This document shows, piece by piece, positions 41,001-59,468 of a DNA stretch of 64,000 nucleotides. The DNA is from the human T2T-CHM13v2.0 reference genome, Homo sapiens, in assembly GCF_009914755.1 (NCBI RefSeq), contig NC_060947.1; one strand, written 5' to 3'. The notes beneath the pieces were generated by a model. That model did not search any database, was not told the DNA's origin, and worked only from the letters and a program-made list of their open reading frames with translations. How positions within the stretch are numbered: position 1 is the first letter of the stretch; each line of letters opens with the position of its first letter. The position numbers were made by a program, and so were the translations under genes.

Positions 41001-41493
41001 TCTAGTTAAATAATGACCTTTTCTGGGGCTTTCAGTTTAATCTGAGTTCAGCAGTGTTAGAACTTATCAAATAGGTTATTTTCAACCCCACAGGGAGAAC
41101 TCTCATGATCATCATAATTAACAACTCTAACCATAGAGTATACATGGACACAGTGCCTAACCAGATATTAAGAGAGGAAGTTCAGTGAGAGATGTACCTT
41201 TAAAAATGAGTCTATTGTACAGAAGGGAGTAAAACACAATCAAAGGACAATTGAGAATTGTGTTACATACATATCAGATGCGGGATATCAGTTTTCGATC
41301 TTCATCTGTGTTTGAAGTCTGGGTCCACACCACCACAGGGCCATACCAGCTGTAAATGATAGTCTTCTATTTTCTTAAAATAGTCTGACCTGAAAATGAA
41401 AGTATTGTTGAATTCCTTTGCCACAGACACAAACCAATTTTCCCAAGTATTCAGCAAGGAAAAACAAAAAAACAAAAACAGTATTTTTAACTA

Positions 41494-41628
<135 letters not shown>

Positions 41629-42389
41629 TTAAAAATAAAGTAAAATAAAATAAAAACATAACAACAACAATTTAAAAAGACCTTCAAGCCACTACACACC
41701 CTGGGGAGAAATTAGCCTAAGGCTGAAGCTGGTCTGGCCTTTATAGAGACACACCTATTGTGATGTAATCAACTATGACCAATTAGTAACCTCATATGGT
41801 AATGTCTGGGATTCAGACTTGTGGTCAAAGATACTGAACAGGCTTTTCTGCTTACTTAAGCCATTGTTCCTTTTCTGAAGTTAATGAAATAAATAATCTC
41901 TTAGGTCCACATCCAAACACACGGAAATCTGTTCTCACCTGTAGTTTATTGATTCCAATCATGGTTGAGTATCCTGACATTGGGTGTGAAGCAACAGTTT
42001 GGAATTCATACAGCATTGTTACTCAAGTAGCTATAAACACCTTACAAAACTGGACTGAACCACTTAAGTGAGAGGTTATTGCAAGGATCTGTTTATACAT
42101 ATTCCCAAAACATCCATTTTATAGAAGCATACACAGTTATTATGCGTGGCTATAGCCTCAATTTGTTCAAAGCATCAAAGGTCTGAAACCATGTCCTAAT
42201 TGTGTGAACCATGAAGGTAACTGTGGCCTTAATCCTGACCAATTCACACTACCAAACAACAACGCAGCACCTCTTGCATCAAAATTGGGGAACATTACTA
42301 TTTGTCAGTGATGAATACATTGACAGGGAAAAATCCATGGGAAGCTTAGGATACTCTCTCTCATTGCAACCCCCATCCCCAGATAGCCA

Positions 42390-42720
42390 CAGAGCTCCTA
42401 CATCTCCTCCCTCAGATCTTTCCCCTGGTGTCTCCTTCTCAGCAAGCCCTTAGCAGCACAATCTACCCAGAAGTGCAAATCCCACACTCACCCCACAGTG
42501 TTCCCCTTCCCTGCTTAGTTTGCTGTGTAGCACATATGACTATAATGATACATACATATCTTATTGATCCTATTTTATCAGTCTCCTCTACTAGAATGTG
42601 ACCTCCACATGAATCGGGATTTTTTTTGGTCTATTTACTGGCTTTACTTTCTACATTAAGGACATGATGAACATACACTAGGTGTTCAACAAATGTTTGC
42701 TGAAGAAATTAATGAAGGTC
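42390..42720 (+). mobile_element. L2 3' end
   Basis: CTAGAATGTGACCTCCA...TAGGTGTTCAACAAATGTTTGCTGAA. Confidence 0.65.
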
Positions 42721-42942
42721 ACCTTTGTTCACCAGTCCTAATCTTTATGCCATTCCCAGAGGTGACCTTGTCAACAGTATAGTGCACTTCTTTCAGAACT
42801 TCCTTCCACTTATTACATTCTGATTCAAAGGCCCATTAAAAATTGATACCTTGTACCTCAATAAAGCTGCTGAATATTTTTACAGTACTTTAAACAAAAA
42901 TCACCTTTCTTCAATCCTCTCTTGAAACCCAAGAAATTATAG

Positions 42943-46089
<3,147 letters not shown>

Positions 46090-46512
46090 AAAGCTCCATC
46101 TCTATTAGTAGTCATTCCTTATTCCCCCTTCCCCAGCCCCTGGCATCCACTAATCTACTTTGTGTCTGTTTAGATTTGCCTATTCTGGCCATTTCATATA
46201 AATGAGATCATGCAATCTGCATTCTTTTGTGTCTGGTTCTTTATTATAATATTTTTAGGGTTAAATCCGCATTGTATTATGTATCTGTGCTTCATTCCAT
46301 GTTATGGCTAAAATAATCCATGGTATGCATATAGCACATTTGTTTAAACATTCACCAGTTCATGGGCATTTGGGTTGTTTCTCCTTTTGGGTTTTATGAA
46401 TAATGCTGCCACAAACATTCATGCATAACTTTTGTTTGAATATCTGTTTTTAGCTCTCGGGTATATACTTAGGAGTGGAATTGCTGGATCACATGGTAAA
46501 CCTATATTTAAC

Positions 46513-47607
46513 TTTTTTTTTTTCATTTTAAACAAGCAGTTTATTTAAACAAGACGCTTGACTTGAAGGGAAAAGTATCTAGGATTCTTTTTTGTTTTAG
46601 AGTAATTTATCCCTACTTAAAGACAGATTGCCCTACATGTAGCAGCTATGTACGAAAAAGTTATAAAATTGTCCTTGGTTTTACAATGATAAATGAAAAT
46701 CATTAAAATTCTCCAATTGAAAAAGGTATGCAAGGATTTTTATGTTGTTGTTGTTGTTGTTTTTGTTAAAACAGTGAGAGCAAAATAACTTACTGGAATA
46801 TAAAGATAAGAGCTGAATGAGCATGCCACTAATGGAGAAAGGGGGTATTTTCACAGAATCAGTATTTTTCCCCATCCCATCTCCACTTGATGTCAATCAA
46901 AACATATCATTGGCTGTTTAGTTAAAAAAAATGCAATATGCTTGTGTACATATACCAGTTACTTTATGTACAATAAAGGAATAGGGAAGGGGGAAATGAA
47001 AGAATAGAGAAAACTATACGGTAGTAGTCAGGATGTGGTGGAACCAAATTGCAGTTTTCTAATTGAGAATGTAATCTTGGTCTTTAAAGAACAGAGTTCT
47101 GGAGTAAAGAAGCAGGTTCCCTTTTCAGTAGACACCTCCCGTCTGCTGTTGGAACACATCAATTGTATCTTCATCCTCCATTTCCAACTGTGCAGGTGTG
47201 TCTGTTTCATTGATTGGTTGCCCGTCGAATCGGAATCTGATCTGCCTCACTGACAATCCCTGTCGTTCACAATAGGCTTTCATTAGTTTACTAAGTGGTG
47301 TATGCCTCTTAATCTTAAACTGCACCACAGAACCATCCTGCCCCGCCACCTTCAAATTAATATGATCGTTGTTCTCAGTCTTGACTCCTTCCTTGGGTTT
47401 TTCGTCGGCCATGGCAAGCGCCGGAATCTCCTCAGCTGCCGTTTCACAAAAGAGGTACCAGGTCCGCACCAAACGAGCACACAAGCAGCACCAGGAGCTG
47501 CAGAAGAAGGAGGCGGCAGCGATGGACCAGGGCAGAGGGTGCGCGCACGTCGTGCGCTCCCTGCCTCCACCCTGCGTGCGCGAGCACGAGCCGCCGGAGC
47601 CTCCCAT
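46513..47607 (-). pseudogene. SUMO2: SUMO2 processed retrocopy with 5'UTR, intact CDS, full 3'UTR and poly(A)
   Basis: Intronless; poly(T) at 46513-46523; target-site-like TTTAACTTTTTT at ~46507 and ~47612; CpG-rich 5'UTR retained. The symbol is that of the parent gene. Confidence 0.95.
47125..47412 (-). CDS. Intact 95-aa SUMO2-like ORF in the retrocopy (M55V relative to SUMO2); expression unknown
   Basis: [95 protein letters not shown]; no stops or frameshifts; diglycine intact. Confidence 0.4.
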
Positions 47608-47822
47608 TCTGTTTAACTTTTTTTATTATTTCAATAGGTTTTGGGGAAACAAGTGGTGTTTGATTACATGGATAAGTTCTTTAGTGGTGATTTCTGAGAT
47701 TTTGGTGCACCCATTACCGGAGCAGTGTACACCGTACCCAATGTGTAGTCTTTTATCCCTTGCCTCCTTCCCACCCTCCCCCAACCCACATCCCCAAAGT
47801 CCACTGTGTATCTATTTTTTAG

Positions 47823-48032
<210 letters not shown>

Positions 48033-48656
48033 TGACCTTAAGTAATCCATCTGCCTCGGCCTCCGAAAGTGCTGGGATTACAATTACAGGTGTGAGCCAT
48101 CCCGCCTGACCCATTGTATCATTCTTATGCCTTTGTGTCCTCACAGCTTAGCTCCCGCTTGTTAGTGAGAATAAACAATGTTTGGTTTTCCATTCCTGAG
48201 TTACTTCACTTAGAATAATGGTCTCCAATTCCACCCAGGTTGCTGTGAATGCCATTATTTAATTCCTTTTATGACTAAGTAGTAGTCCATGGTATGTATA
48301 TATATGTGTGTGTGTATATATATATATATATATACACACACACATACATACACATATATTCGTCACTCATTGATGGGCATTTGGGCTGGTTCAATATTTT
48401 TGCAATTGCGAATGGTGCTGCTACAAACATGCGTGTGCAAGTGTCTTTTCTGTATAATGACTTCTTTTCCTCTGGATAGATACCCAGGAGTGGGATTGCT
48501 GGATCAAATGGCACTATGGTTAACTTTCTGTGGAAGTGCCAAATTGCTTTCGATAATATTAAATATCTATCTACATCATTTTACTTTCCCACTAGCAGTG
48601 TATGACAGTTTCAATTTCTCTACATCTTCACATACTTTTTTGTTTGTTTGTTTTGA

Positions 48657-48830
<174 letters not shown>

Positions 48831-49069
48831 TAGTAGAGACGGGGTTTCACTGTGTTAGCCAGGATGGTCTTGATCTCCTGACCTCGTGATCCGCCCATCT
48901 CGGCCTCCCAAAGTGCTGGGATTACAGGCGTGAGCCACCGCGCCTGGCCTCACACACTTGTTATTTTCAATTTGGTTTTTTTTCTAGCCATCCTAATAAG
49001 TGTGAGGTGTATCTCCTTGTGAGTTTCCTTTGTATTTGCCTATTTGCCTAAATGAATGATATTGAGCAG

Positions 49070-49104
<35 letters not shown>

Positions 49105-49171
49105 TGGAGTTTCGCTCTTGTTGCCCAGGCAGGCATCCTGTACTGAGCTGCTTGGCCGTTTGCATGGAGAA

Positions 49172-51110
<1,939 letters not shown>

Positions 51111-51189
51111 GGCTCTAGGAAGACCGGATTCCTCTCCCTTCCCCTCCCCGGATTCTTTCAGCCCTCACCTCCCAGGAATGGGGAGGGGG

Positions 51190-51720
51190 CATCCTACCCC
51201 ATATCTGAGGTGCGACTGCGGGACGTAGAGCGGACTGGGCCTTTCCCGTTGGCGCGTGGCCTCAATCAGGTAGGTCTCCTTCCCCTTTTCTTTCCTTTAT
51301 TTGCCTTTCCTTTCCTTGACACAGGACACGAGATCAGGGTTTGTGCCATGGGCAGCCTTTCTGGTGCAGAGGACCTTCCCTGCCCTCCGGCTTCTGGGCA
51401 GCCAGTGCTGGGCGCGCGACCTTGTGCAATGGCGGCTGCAGCCGAGCTGGCTCCAGCGTCCTGCAGGCATCGGAGGGCTTTCGGGCGCGTTTTGGACGCC
51501 GAGTTTTTGCCGCTGCCTAAGTTTTAGTTCTGGCAAGTGTAGGGAGGTCCTTCTAGTAGAGCCTTTCTGGCCTTCCCCGTCGGGAGCCTGGAAGCGTCTC
51601 CTGTGGCAGGGCGGGCAGAGGGAGAAGGGTGCGCCTGCAGATTCCTTCGCCCCACTGGTGTTCTCCCCACCTACATGGCTGAGGAGGTGTGCGCTCTCGT
51701 TCGGTTTAGATTGAGTGGTT
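51190..51720 (+). promoter_or_regulatory. DANT1: CpG-rich promoter-like region ~2 kb outside the array; plausibly the promoter of a DXZ4-associated lncRNA (DANT1)
   Basis: Non-repeat, GC-rich sequence with many retained CpGs and a donor-like CAG|GTAGGT at 51269/51270. DXZ4 is known to be flanked by the DANT1/DANT2 lncRNA promoters; which one this is cannot be established from sequence alone. Confidence 0.4.
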
Positions 51721-51827
51721 GTTAAACCACGTGGCTGCCCTGCCCACAGGCAGGGCTCCCCGTAATGTAAAACTGTAGAAGAAACATTTCCTCTAACGAA
51801 TAATTGAACAAAAAGAAATACAGCTTC

Positions 51828-53140
<1,313 letters not shown>

Positions 53141-53412
53141 CCTTATTTCCAAAATGAAATAACTCACATAAGTTCTGTGGTGACATGTAAAAACCCAATT
53201 CCCGTAACAGCTTTCCCAACGTTGATTTTTTAGACATGATGAATGTTATGTGTTCTTATTAATCCATGTCCCCTTTAAAGGCACATGTGGGCAAGAAGAA
53301 CCAGACAGTCCAAGAAACCCAATCATGTTGAGACATGGAGAGCAGAAAAGGAAGCGAGCCCGGAAGAAGTGGGTGAGAGGGCGTTGGACCTCAATGTCGA
53401 GAGAGAGAGACT

Positions 53413-53450
<38 letters not shown>

Positions 53451-53539
53451 CAGAGAAAGAAGAAACGGTGCTGTAGAAAACAACAATGGAAAGTCCATGG
53501 AGGTCAAAGAGTCCGGCAAGGGACAGGGAGTTAGCAGCC

Positions 53540-55726
53540 TGGCGTAGTGTCTTCCCACTGTTTTGTCTGTCTTGAGAATAGCATTCAACGCGACTGTGTT
53601 CCCGCAGCAGACGTTAGGCCGCTGCCCACGCCTTGAGTGCCGGACGAGGTCAACATAGGCTTTCCGTCACAGAATATGTTTGGGCAGGAAGATCGGAACA
53701 CTTGGGGCTGGGCCATCTACCGCTCCCCCACGGCACACACGAGTCGTCAGGGAAATGCCCGCCTCTGTGTGTGTTGTACGTGCAGCCTTCTGGGCAGAGC
53801 CGTGGAGAGTTGGACGTAGGCCAGGTGTGAGGAGGAGAGGTGTGTTTGGGGTGGCCACTGGCTCCCTTCCTGCGTGACGTAGGCTGGCGTGGGCTCTTCC
53901 CCCAGCCCCTTGCCGGTGCTGCCACGTGAGAAGGGCCCGGGTGCCGGTCCCGCTATTCCGGAATTGTGGGTTCACCTGAAGTTTGAGGCCAAACCCCCAG
54001 CGGTCAGTGGGACGCCAGTCGCCTTTGACCTCTTGGTCAAGCTGGCCTTGCCGTGACCCGTGAGAATGCCCAAGTGCCAATGTGTCCCGGGGGGCAGGGC
54101 CGGGGCTGGGATCCTAGTGTGTGCCCAGTCTCCTTCTCGTCCCTGCGGGTTCCACCATCCTCCCATCCTAACGCATCGTTAGGGATGCGGTTAGGTCGGG
54201 TCCATCCCCAGGGCGGTCCAAGGGGACCGCTTTCTGGTTTGTCAGGAAGGCAGGCTAGTAAGAAGGGTCCCGCCGAGTCCCATCTGCCAAGGACAGGGTC
54301 CCGCAGGTGGGCCAGGGCTGGCCCAAAGCGGCCGAGATGCTGATCCGCCATGTGCGGGGCGCTGTTGGCGTTTTTTCCTCAGCAAAGGGCGGAGGGAGTG
54401 GACGTGGGGGAAGGGCAGGTGGGCATTTCTGGAGCAATACTGCCATCAAGAGGAACTGGCTTGGCAATCCCGCGCACCCTTCGCTGTGCTCGCCTGGGGA
54501 GGAGTGGCTTGGGACTGTCCTGGGGGACCAGGCAGGACTAGGGCAGGTGCTCGGACGGATCCGAGGTCTCTGGAGGTCCGAGAGAAGCAGGCTCCGCCGC
54601 GGGGTCGGGCGGTGGAAGCCCCAGAGAGAGGCGCCAGGACTAGCTGGACAGCCAGGACGCCGGGCCATTCCCGGACAGGAAGCCACGGCTCGGGAGCCTG
54701 GTGGCGGCCATGATCTGGGCGGGACCAGCGGAGGCCTCCGCCAGGGAGCCTGGGCTCGGGGCCTTGGGCAGTTTGCCTGGTGCCCCTTCCCGTGGGAGCA
54801 ACCGGGGTGACGGCCTAGCTGGGTCCTCGGCCCGGGAGGCTCCGTCGGCCACACTGCACGCCTGCGGTGTGAGGAGGGCCGACTGCCAGTGCTGAGTTCC
54901 GTGGCCATTGGCGCGGGTGCCCGCCGCTGCTGGCCGGCGCCGGGGCGTTCCTCCTTGCGTCCTAGGGAGGAAGGTGGGCCGCGGGGCATCCCGCGGGGCC
55001 CGTACCCAGACGGTTCTTGACGAGGTGGACGCAAGGCCAGGCCCGGCCCGGCCCGGCCCGGCCCGGCCACCTTCAGACGCCGCGCACCCGCCTTGTTGAG
55101 ACTTGCCACCCTGTCTTGTTGTGTCCATGTCCCCGAGGTTGTCTTGGAGGCGGGCCGTTCCCCGTGGTGCTCATTTCTGCCTGGGGGCCTTCCGGGGACC
55201 CCGCTTGTCTTTGGGGGTGCGCAGGCCCTTGCCCTGCGATCAGAGGCGCACCGACCGATGAGTTCGGTGGCAAAGCTTGAGAAATGGAGACTCTCTGGGC
55301 ATCGGCTAAGGGGGCCCGGGGCCTTCCCAGGCCTGCTGGAGTCCGGGAAGCCGGGGGCACCCAGAAGGAAGGACCCGTCGGACTCTGCCTGGGGACAGCC
55401 TGCTCCGCGCCAGAAGGGTCCGCTGCTCAGGCAGCATCCCCGTGCCTCTCCTCCAGTGGGTCCCTCAGGTAGAATCGGGGCAGGCCCCACTGGACGTGCA
55501 GGGAGGAGGCTCGGAGGATGCATCCTTTGCAGGACCCGGTCTGGTACAGCAGCAGACGGAGCCATCTCCCGGGGCTTTCTGGCTTCTCCGAGGGTGTTCA
55601 GGAGTCTCCCAAGTGCGCAGGGGCTCGTGCCCAAAGGGTGGAGGTCGGCACCGCTTCGCTCAATTCAGGAGTGGAGAAGGAAGCTAGAGGACCCTCTGGA
55701 GGTGGCAGGTTTAATGTCCTGCTTTT

Positions 55727-55769
<43 letters not shown>

Positions 55770-56515
55770 TTTTGTAATCAACTGAAAGAAGGCAGAAGGA
55801 GTCGATGGGCCTCTTAGGCCGGAAACCTTACAAGCATAGGACCAAGGCAGAAAAGGTCCAGAGGGTTCATGGTCCTCCGTTCCACCTGAATCCAGCTAGA
55901 GAGCGAGCCAGGGGGATAGGTGTGCCCCTCGTCGCCCGTGCGCTGAGGCACTGTCACGCAAAGAGACATTCACCTTCCACGTCAACGCACCTTTAAGGGC
56001 GAGAGCGGTCCGCCGTGCCCAAGAGGAACGGGATGACATTCAACTGGGACTTGCCTCACCTTGGCTTGGGGGACCTCGAGAGCGGTCCCGTGGGGGCGGT
56101 GTTACTCGTGGTGGTAGAAGTGGAGGGCGTGTCCGGGTACTTGAGTTCATGGGCATCTCTCCCGCCGCCTCTCAGCCTATCTGCACCATGTCTCACACGT
56201 TCAGTTGCAGCTCTTACCGTTTTGAAGGCGCACGTGGGCAAGAAGTCCTGGGCAGCACAAGAAAGTCAATCACGTTGAGACAGAGAGAGCAGGAGAGGAA
56301 GTGGGCCCCAGTAGAAGTGGGCGAGAGAGCGTTGGGTGGGAACGTGGCACGAGAGAGAGAAATTATGAGATTGACAGAGAGAGAGAGAGAGAGAGAGAAA
56401 GAGAAAGAGAGAGAGAAAGAGAAAGAGACAGAGAAAAGAAACTATGTTGTTTAAAATGCCAGCGGAAAGTCCATGGGGGTGAAAGAGTCCGGCAATGGCC
56501 AGGGAGTTAGCAGCT
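53540..56515. repeat. Macrosatellite monomer 1 (2976 bp; 5x GGCCC, 11x TTTA)
   Basis: Direct comparison with following units; phase set where near-perfect identity starts. Confidence 0.95.
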
Positions 56516-58687
56516 TGGCGTAGTGTCTTCCCACTGTTTTGTCTGTCTTGAGAATAGCATTCAACGCGACTGTGTTCCCGCAGCAGACGTTAGGCCGCTG
56601 CCCACGCCTTGAGTGCCGGACGAGGTCAACATAGGCTTTCCGTCACAGAATATGTTTGGGCAGGAAGATCGGAACACTTGGGGCTGGGCCATCTACCGCT
56701 CCCCCACGGCACACACGAGTCGTCAGGGAAATGCCCGCCTCTGTGTGTGTTGTACGTGCAGCCTTCTGGGCAGAGCCGTGGAGAGTTGGACGTAGGCCAG
56801 GTGTGAGGAGGAGAGGTGTGTTTGGGGTGGCCACTGGCTCCCTTCCTGCGTGACGTAGGCTGGCGTGGGCTCTTCCCCCAGCCCCTTGCCGGTGCTGCCA
56901 CGTGAGAAGGGCCCGGGTGCCGGTCCCGCTATTCCGGAATTGTGGGTTCACCTGAAGTTTGAGGCCAAACCCCCAGCGGTCAGTGGGACGCCAGTCGCCT
57001 TTGACCTCTTGGTCAAGCTGGCCTTGCCGTGACCCGTGAGAATGCCCAAGTGCCAATGTGTCCCGGGGGGCAGGGCCGGGGCTGGGATCCTAGTGTGTGC
57101 CCAGTCTCCTTCTCGTCCCTGCGGGTTCCACCATCCTCCCATCCTAACGCATCGTTAGGGATGCGGTTAGGTCGGGTCCATCCCCAGGGCGGTCCAAGGG
57201 GACCGCTTTCTGGTTTGTCAGGAAGGCAGGCTAGTAAGAAGGGTCCCGCCGAGTCCCATCTGCCAAGGACAGGGTCCCGCAGGTGGGCCAGGGCTGGCCC
57301 AAAGCGGCCGAGATGCTGATCCGCCATGTGCGGGGCGCTGTTGGCGTTTTTTCCTCAGCAAAGGGCGGAGGGAGTGGACGTGGGGGAAGGGCAGGTGGGC
57401 ATTTCTGGAGCAATACTGCCATCAAGAGGAACTGGCTTGGCAATCCCGCGCACCCTTCGCTGTGCTCGCCTGGGGAGGAGTGGCTTGGGACTGTCCTGGG
57501 GGACCAGGCAGGACTAGGGCAGGTGCTCGGACGGATCCGAGGTCTCTGGAGGTCCGAGAGAAGCAGGCTCCGCCGCGGGGTCGGGCGGTGGAAGCCCCAG
57601 AGAGAGGCGCCAGGACTAGCTGGACAGCCAGGACGCCGGGCCGTTCCCGGACAGGAAGCCACGGCTCGGGAGCCTGGTGGCGGCCATGATCTGGGCGGGA
57701 CCAGCGGAGGCCTCCGCCAGGGAGCCTGGGCTCGGGGCCTTGGGCAGTTTGCCTGGTGCCCCTTCCCGTGGGAGCAACCGGGGTGACGGCCTAGCTGGGT
57801 CCTCGGCCCGGGAGGCTCCGTCGGCCACACTGCACGCCTGCGGTGTGAGGAGGGCCGACTGCCAGTGCTGAGTTCCGTGGCCATTGGCGCGGGTGCCCGC
57901 CGCTGCTGGCCGGCGCCGGGGCGTTCCTCCTTGCGTCCTAGGGAGGAAGGTGGGCCGCGGGGCATCCCGCGGGGCCCGTACCCAGACGGTTCTTGACGAG
58001 GTGGACGCAAGGCCAGGCCCGGCCCGGTCACCCTCAGACGCCGCGCACCCGCCTTGTTGAGACTTGCCACCCTGTCTTGTTGTGTCCATGTCCCCGAGGT
58101 TGTCTTGGAGGCGGGCCGTTCCCCGTGGTGCTCATTTCTGCCTGGGGGCCTTCCGGGGACCCCGCTTGTCTTTGGGGGTGCGCAGGCCCTTGCCCTGCGA
58201 TCAGAGGCGCACCGACCGATGAGTTCGGTGGCAAAGCTTGAGAAATGGAGACTCTCTGGGCATCGGCTAAGGGGGCCCGGGGCCTTCCCAGGCCTGCTGG
58301 AGTCCGGGAAGCCGGGGGCACCCAGAAGGAAGGACCCGTCGGACTCTGCCTGGGGACAGCCTGCTCCGCGCCAGAAGGGTCCGCTGCTCAGGCAGCATCC
58401 CCGTGCCTCTCCTCCAGTGGGTCCCTCAGGTAGAATCGGGGCAGGCCCCACTGGACGTGCAGGGAGGAGGCTCGGAGGATGCATCCTTTGCAGGACCCGG
58501 TCTGGTACAGCAGCAGACGGAGCCATCTCCCGGGGCTTTCTGGCTTCTCCGAGGGTGTTCAGGAGTCTCCCAAGTGCGCAGGGGCTCGTGCCCAAAGGGT
58601 GGAGGTCGGCACCGCTTCGCTCAATTCAGGAGTGGAGAAGGAAGCTAGAGGACCCTCTGGAGGTGGCAGGTTTAATGTCCTGCTTTT

Positions 58688-58722
<35 letters not shown>

Positions 58723-59468
58723 TTTTGTAATCAACTGAAAGAAGGCAGAAGGAGTCGATGGGCCTCTTAGGCCGGAAACCTTACAAGCATAGGACCAAGG
58801 CAGAAAAGGTCCAGAGGGTTCATGGTCCTCCGTTCCACCTGAATCCAGCTAGAGAGCGAGCCAGGGGGATAGGTGTGCCCCTCGTCGCCCGTGCGCTGAG
58901 GCACTGTCACTCAAAGAGACATTCACCTTCCACGTCAACGCACCTTTAAGGGCGAGAGCGGTCCGCCGTGCCCAAGAGGAACGGGATGACATTCAACTGG
59001 GACTTGCCTCACCTTGGCTTGGGGGACCTCGAGAGCGGTCCCGTGGGGGCGGTGTTACTCGTGGTGGTAGAAGTGGAGGGCGTGTCCGGGTACTTGAGTT
59101 CATGGGCATCTCTCCCGCCGCCTCTCAGCCTATCTGCACCATGTCTCACACGTTCAGTTGCAGCTCTTACCGTTTTGAAGGCGCACGTGGGCAAGAAGTC
59201 CTGGGCAGCACAAGAAAGTCAATCACGTTGAGACAGAGAGAGCAGGAGAGGAAGTGGGCCCCAGTAGAAGTGGGCGAGAGAGCGTTGGGTGGGAACGTGG
59301 CACGAGAGAGAGAAATTATGAGATTGACAGAGAGAGAGAGAGAGAGAGAGAAAGAGAAAGAGAGAGAGAAAGAGAAAGAGACAGAGAAAAGAAACTATGT
59401 TGTTTAAAATGCCAGCGGAAAGTCCATGGGGGTGAAAGAGTCCGGCAATGGCCAGGGAGTTAGCAGCT
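56516..59468. repeat. Macrosatellite monomer 2 (2953 bp; 2x GGCCC, 9x TTTA)
   Basis: Direct comparison; the 23-bp difference from monomer 1 equals 15 bp GGCCC plus 8 bp TTTA. Confidence 0.95.

Noticed and set aside
51270-51324. GT..AG mini-intron in the CpG-rich promoter
   Set aside because: Only 55 nt, below the usual human minimum; the donor and acceptor may be used separately, but this cannot be shown from sequence.
54255-55634. 454-459 aa minus-strand ORF repeated in each monomer (D4Z4/DUX4-like coding macrosatellite?)
   Set aside because: Non-ATG start, Pro/Arg/Gly/Ala-rich with no recognisable domain or homeobox; long ORFs occur in several frames because of high GC. The 15-bp GGCCC difference keeps frame, but two alleles are too few to infer selection.
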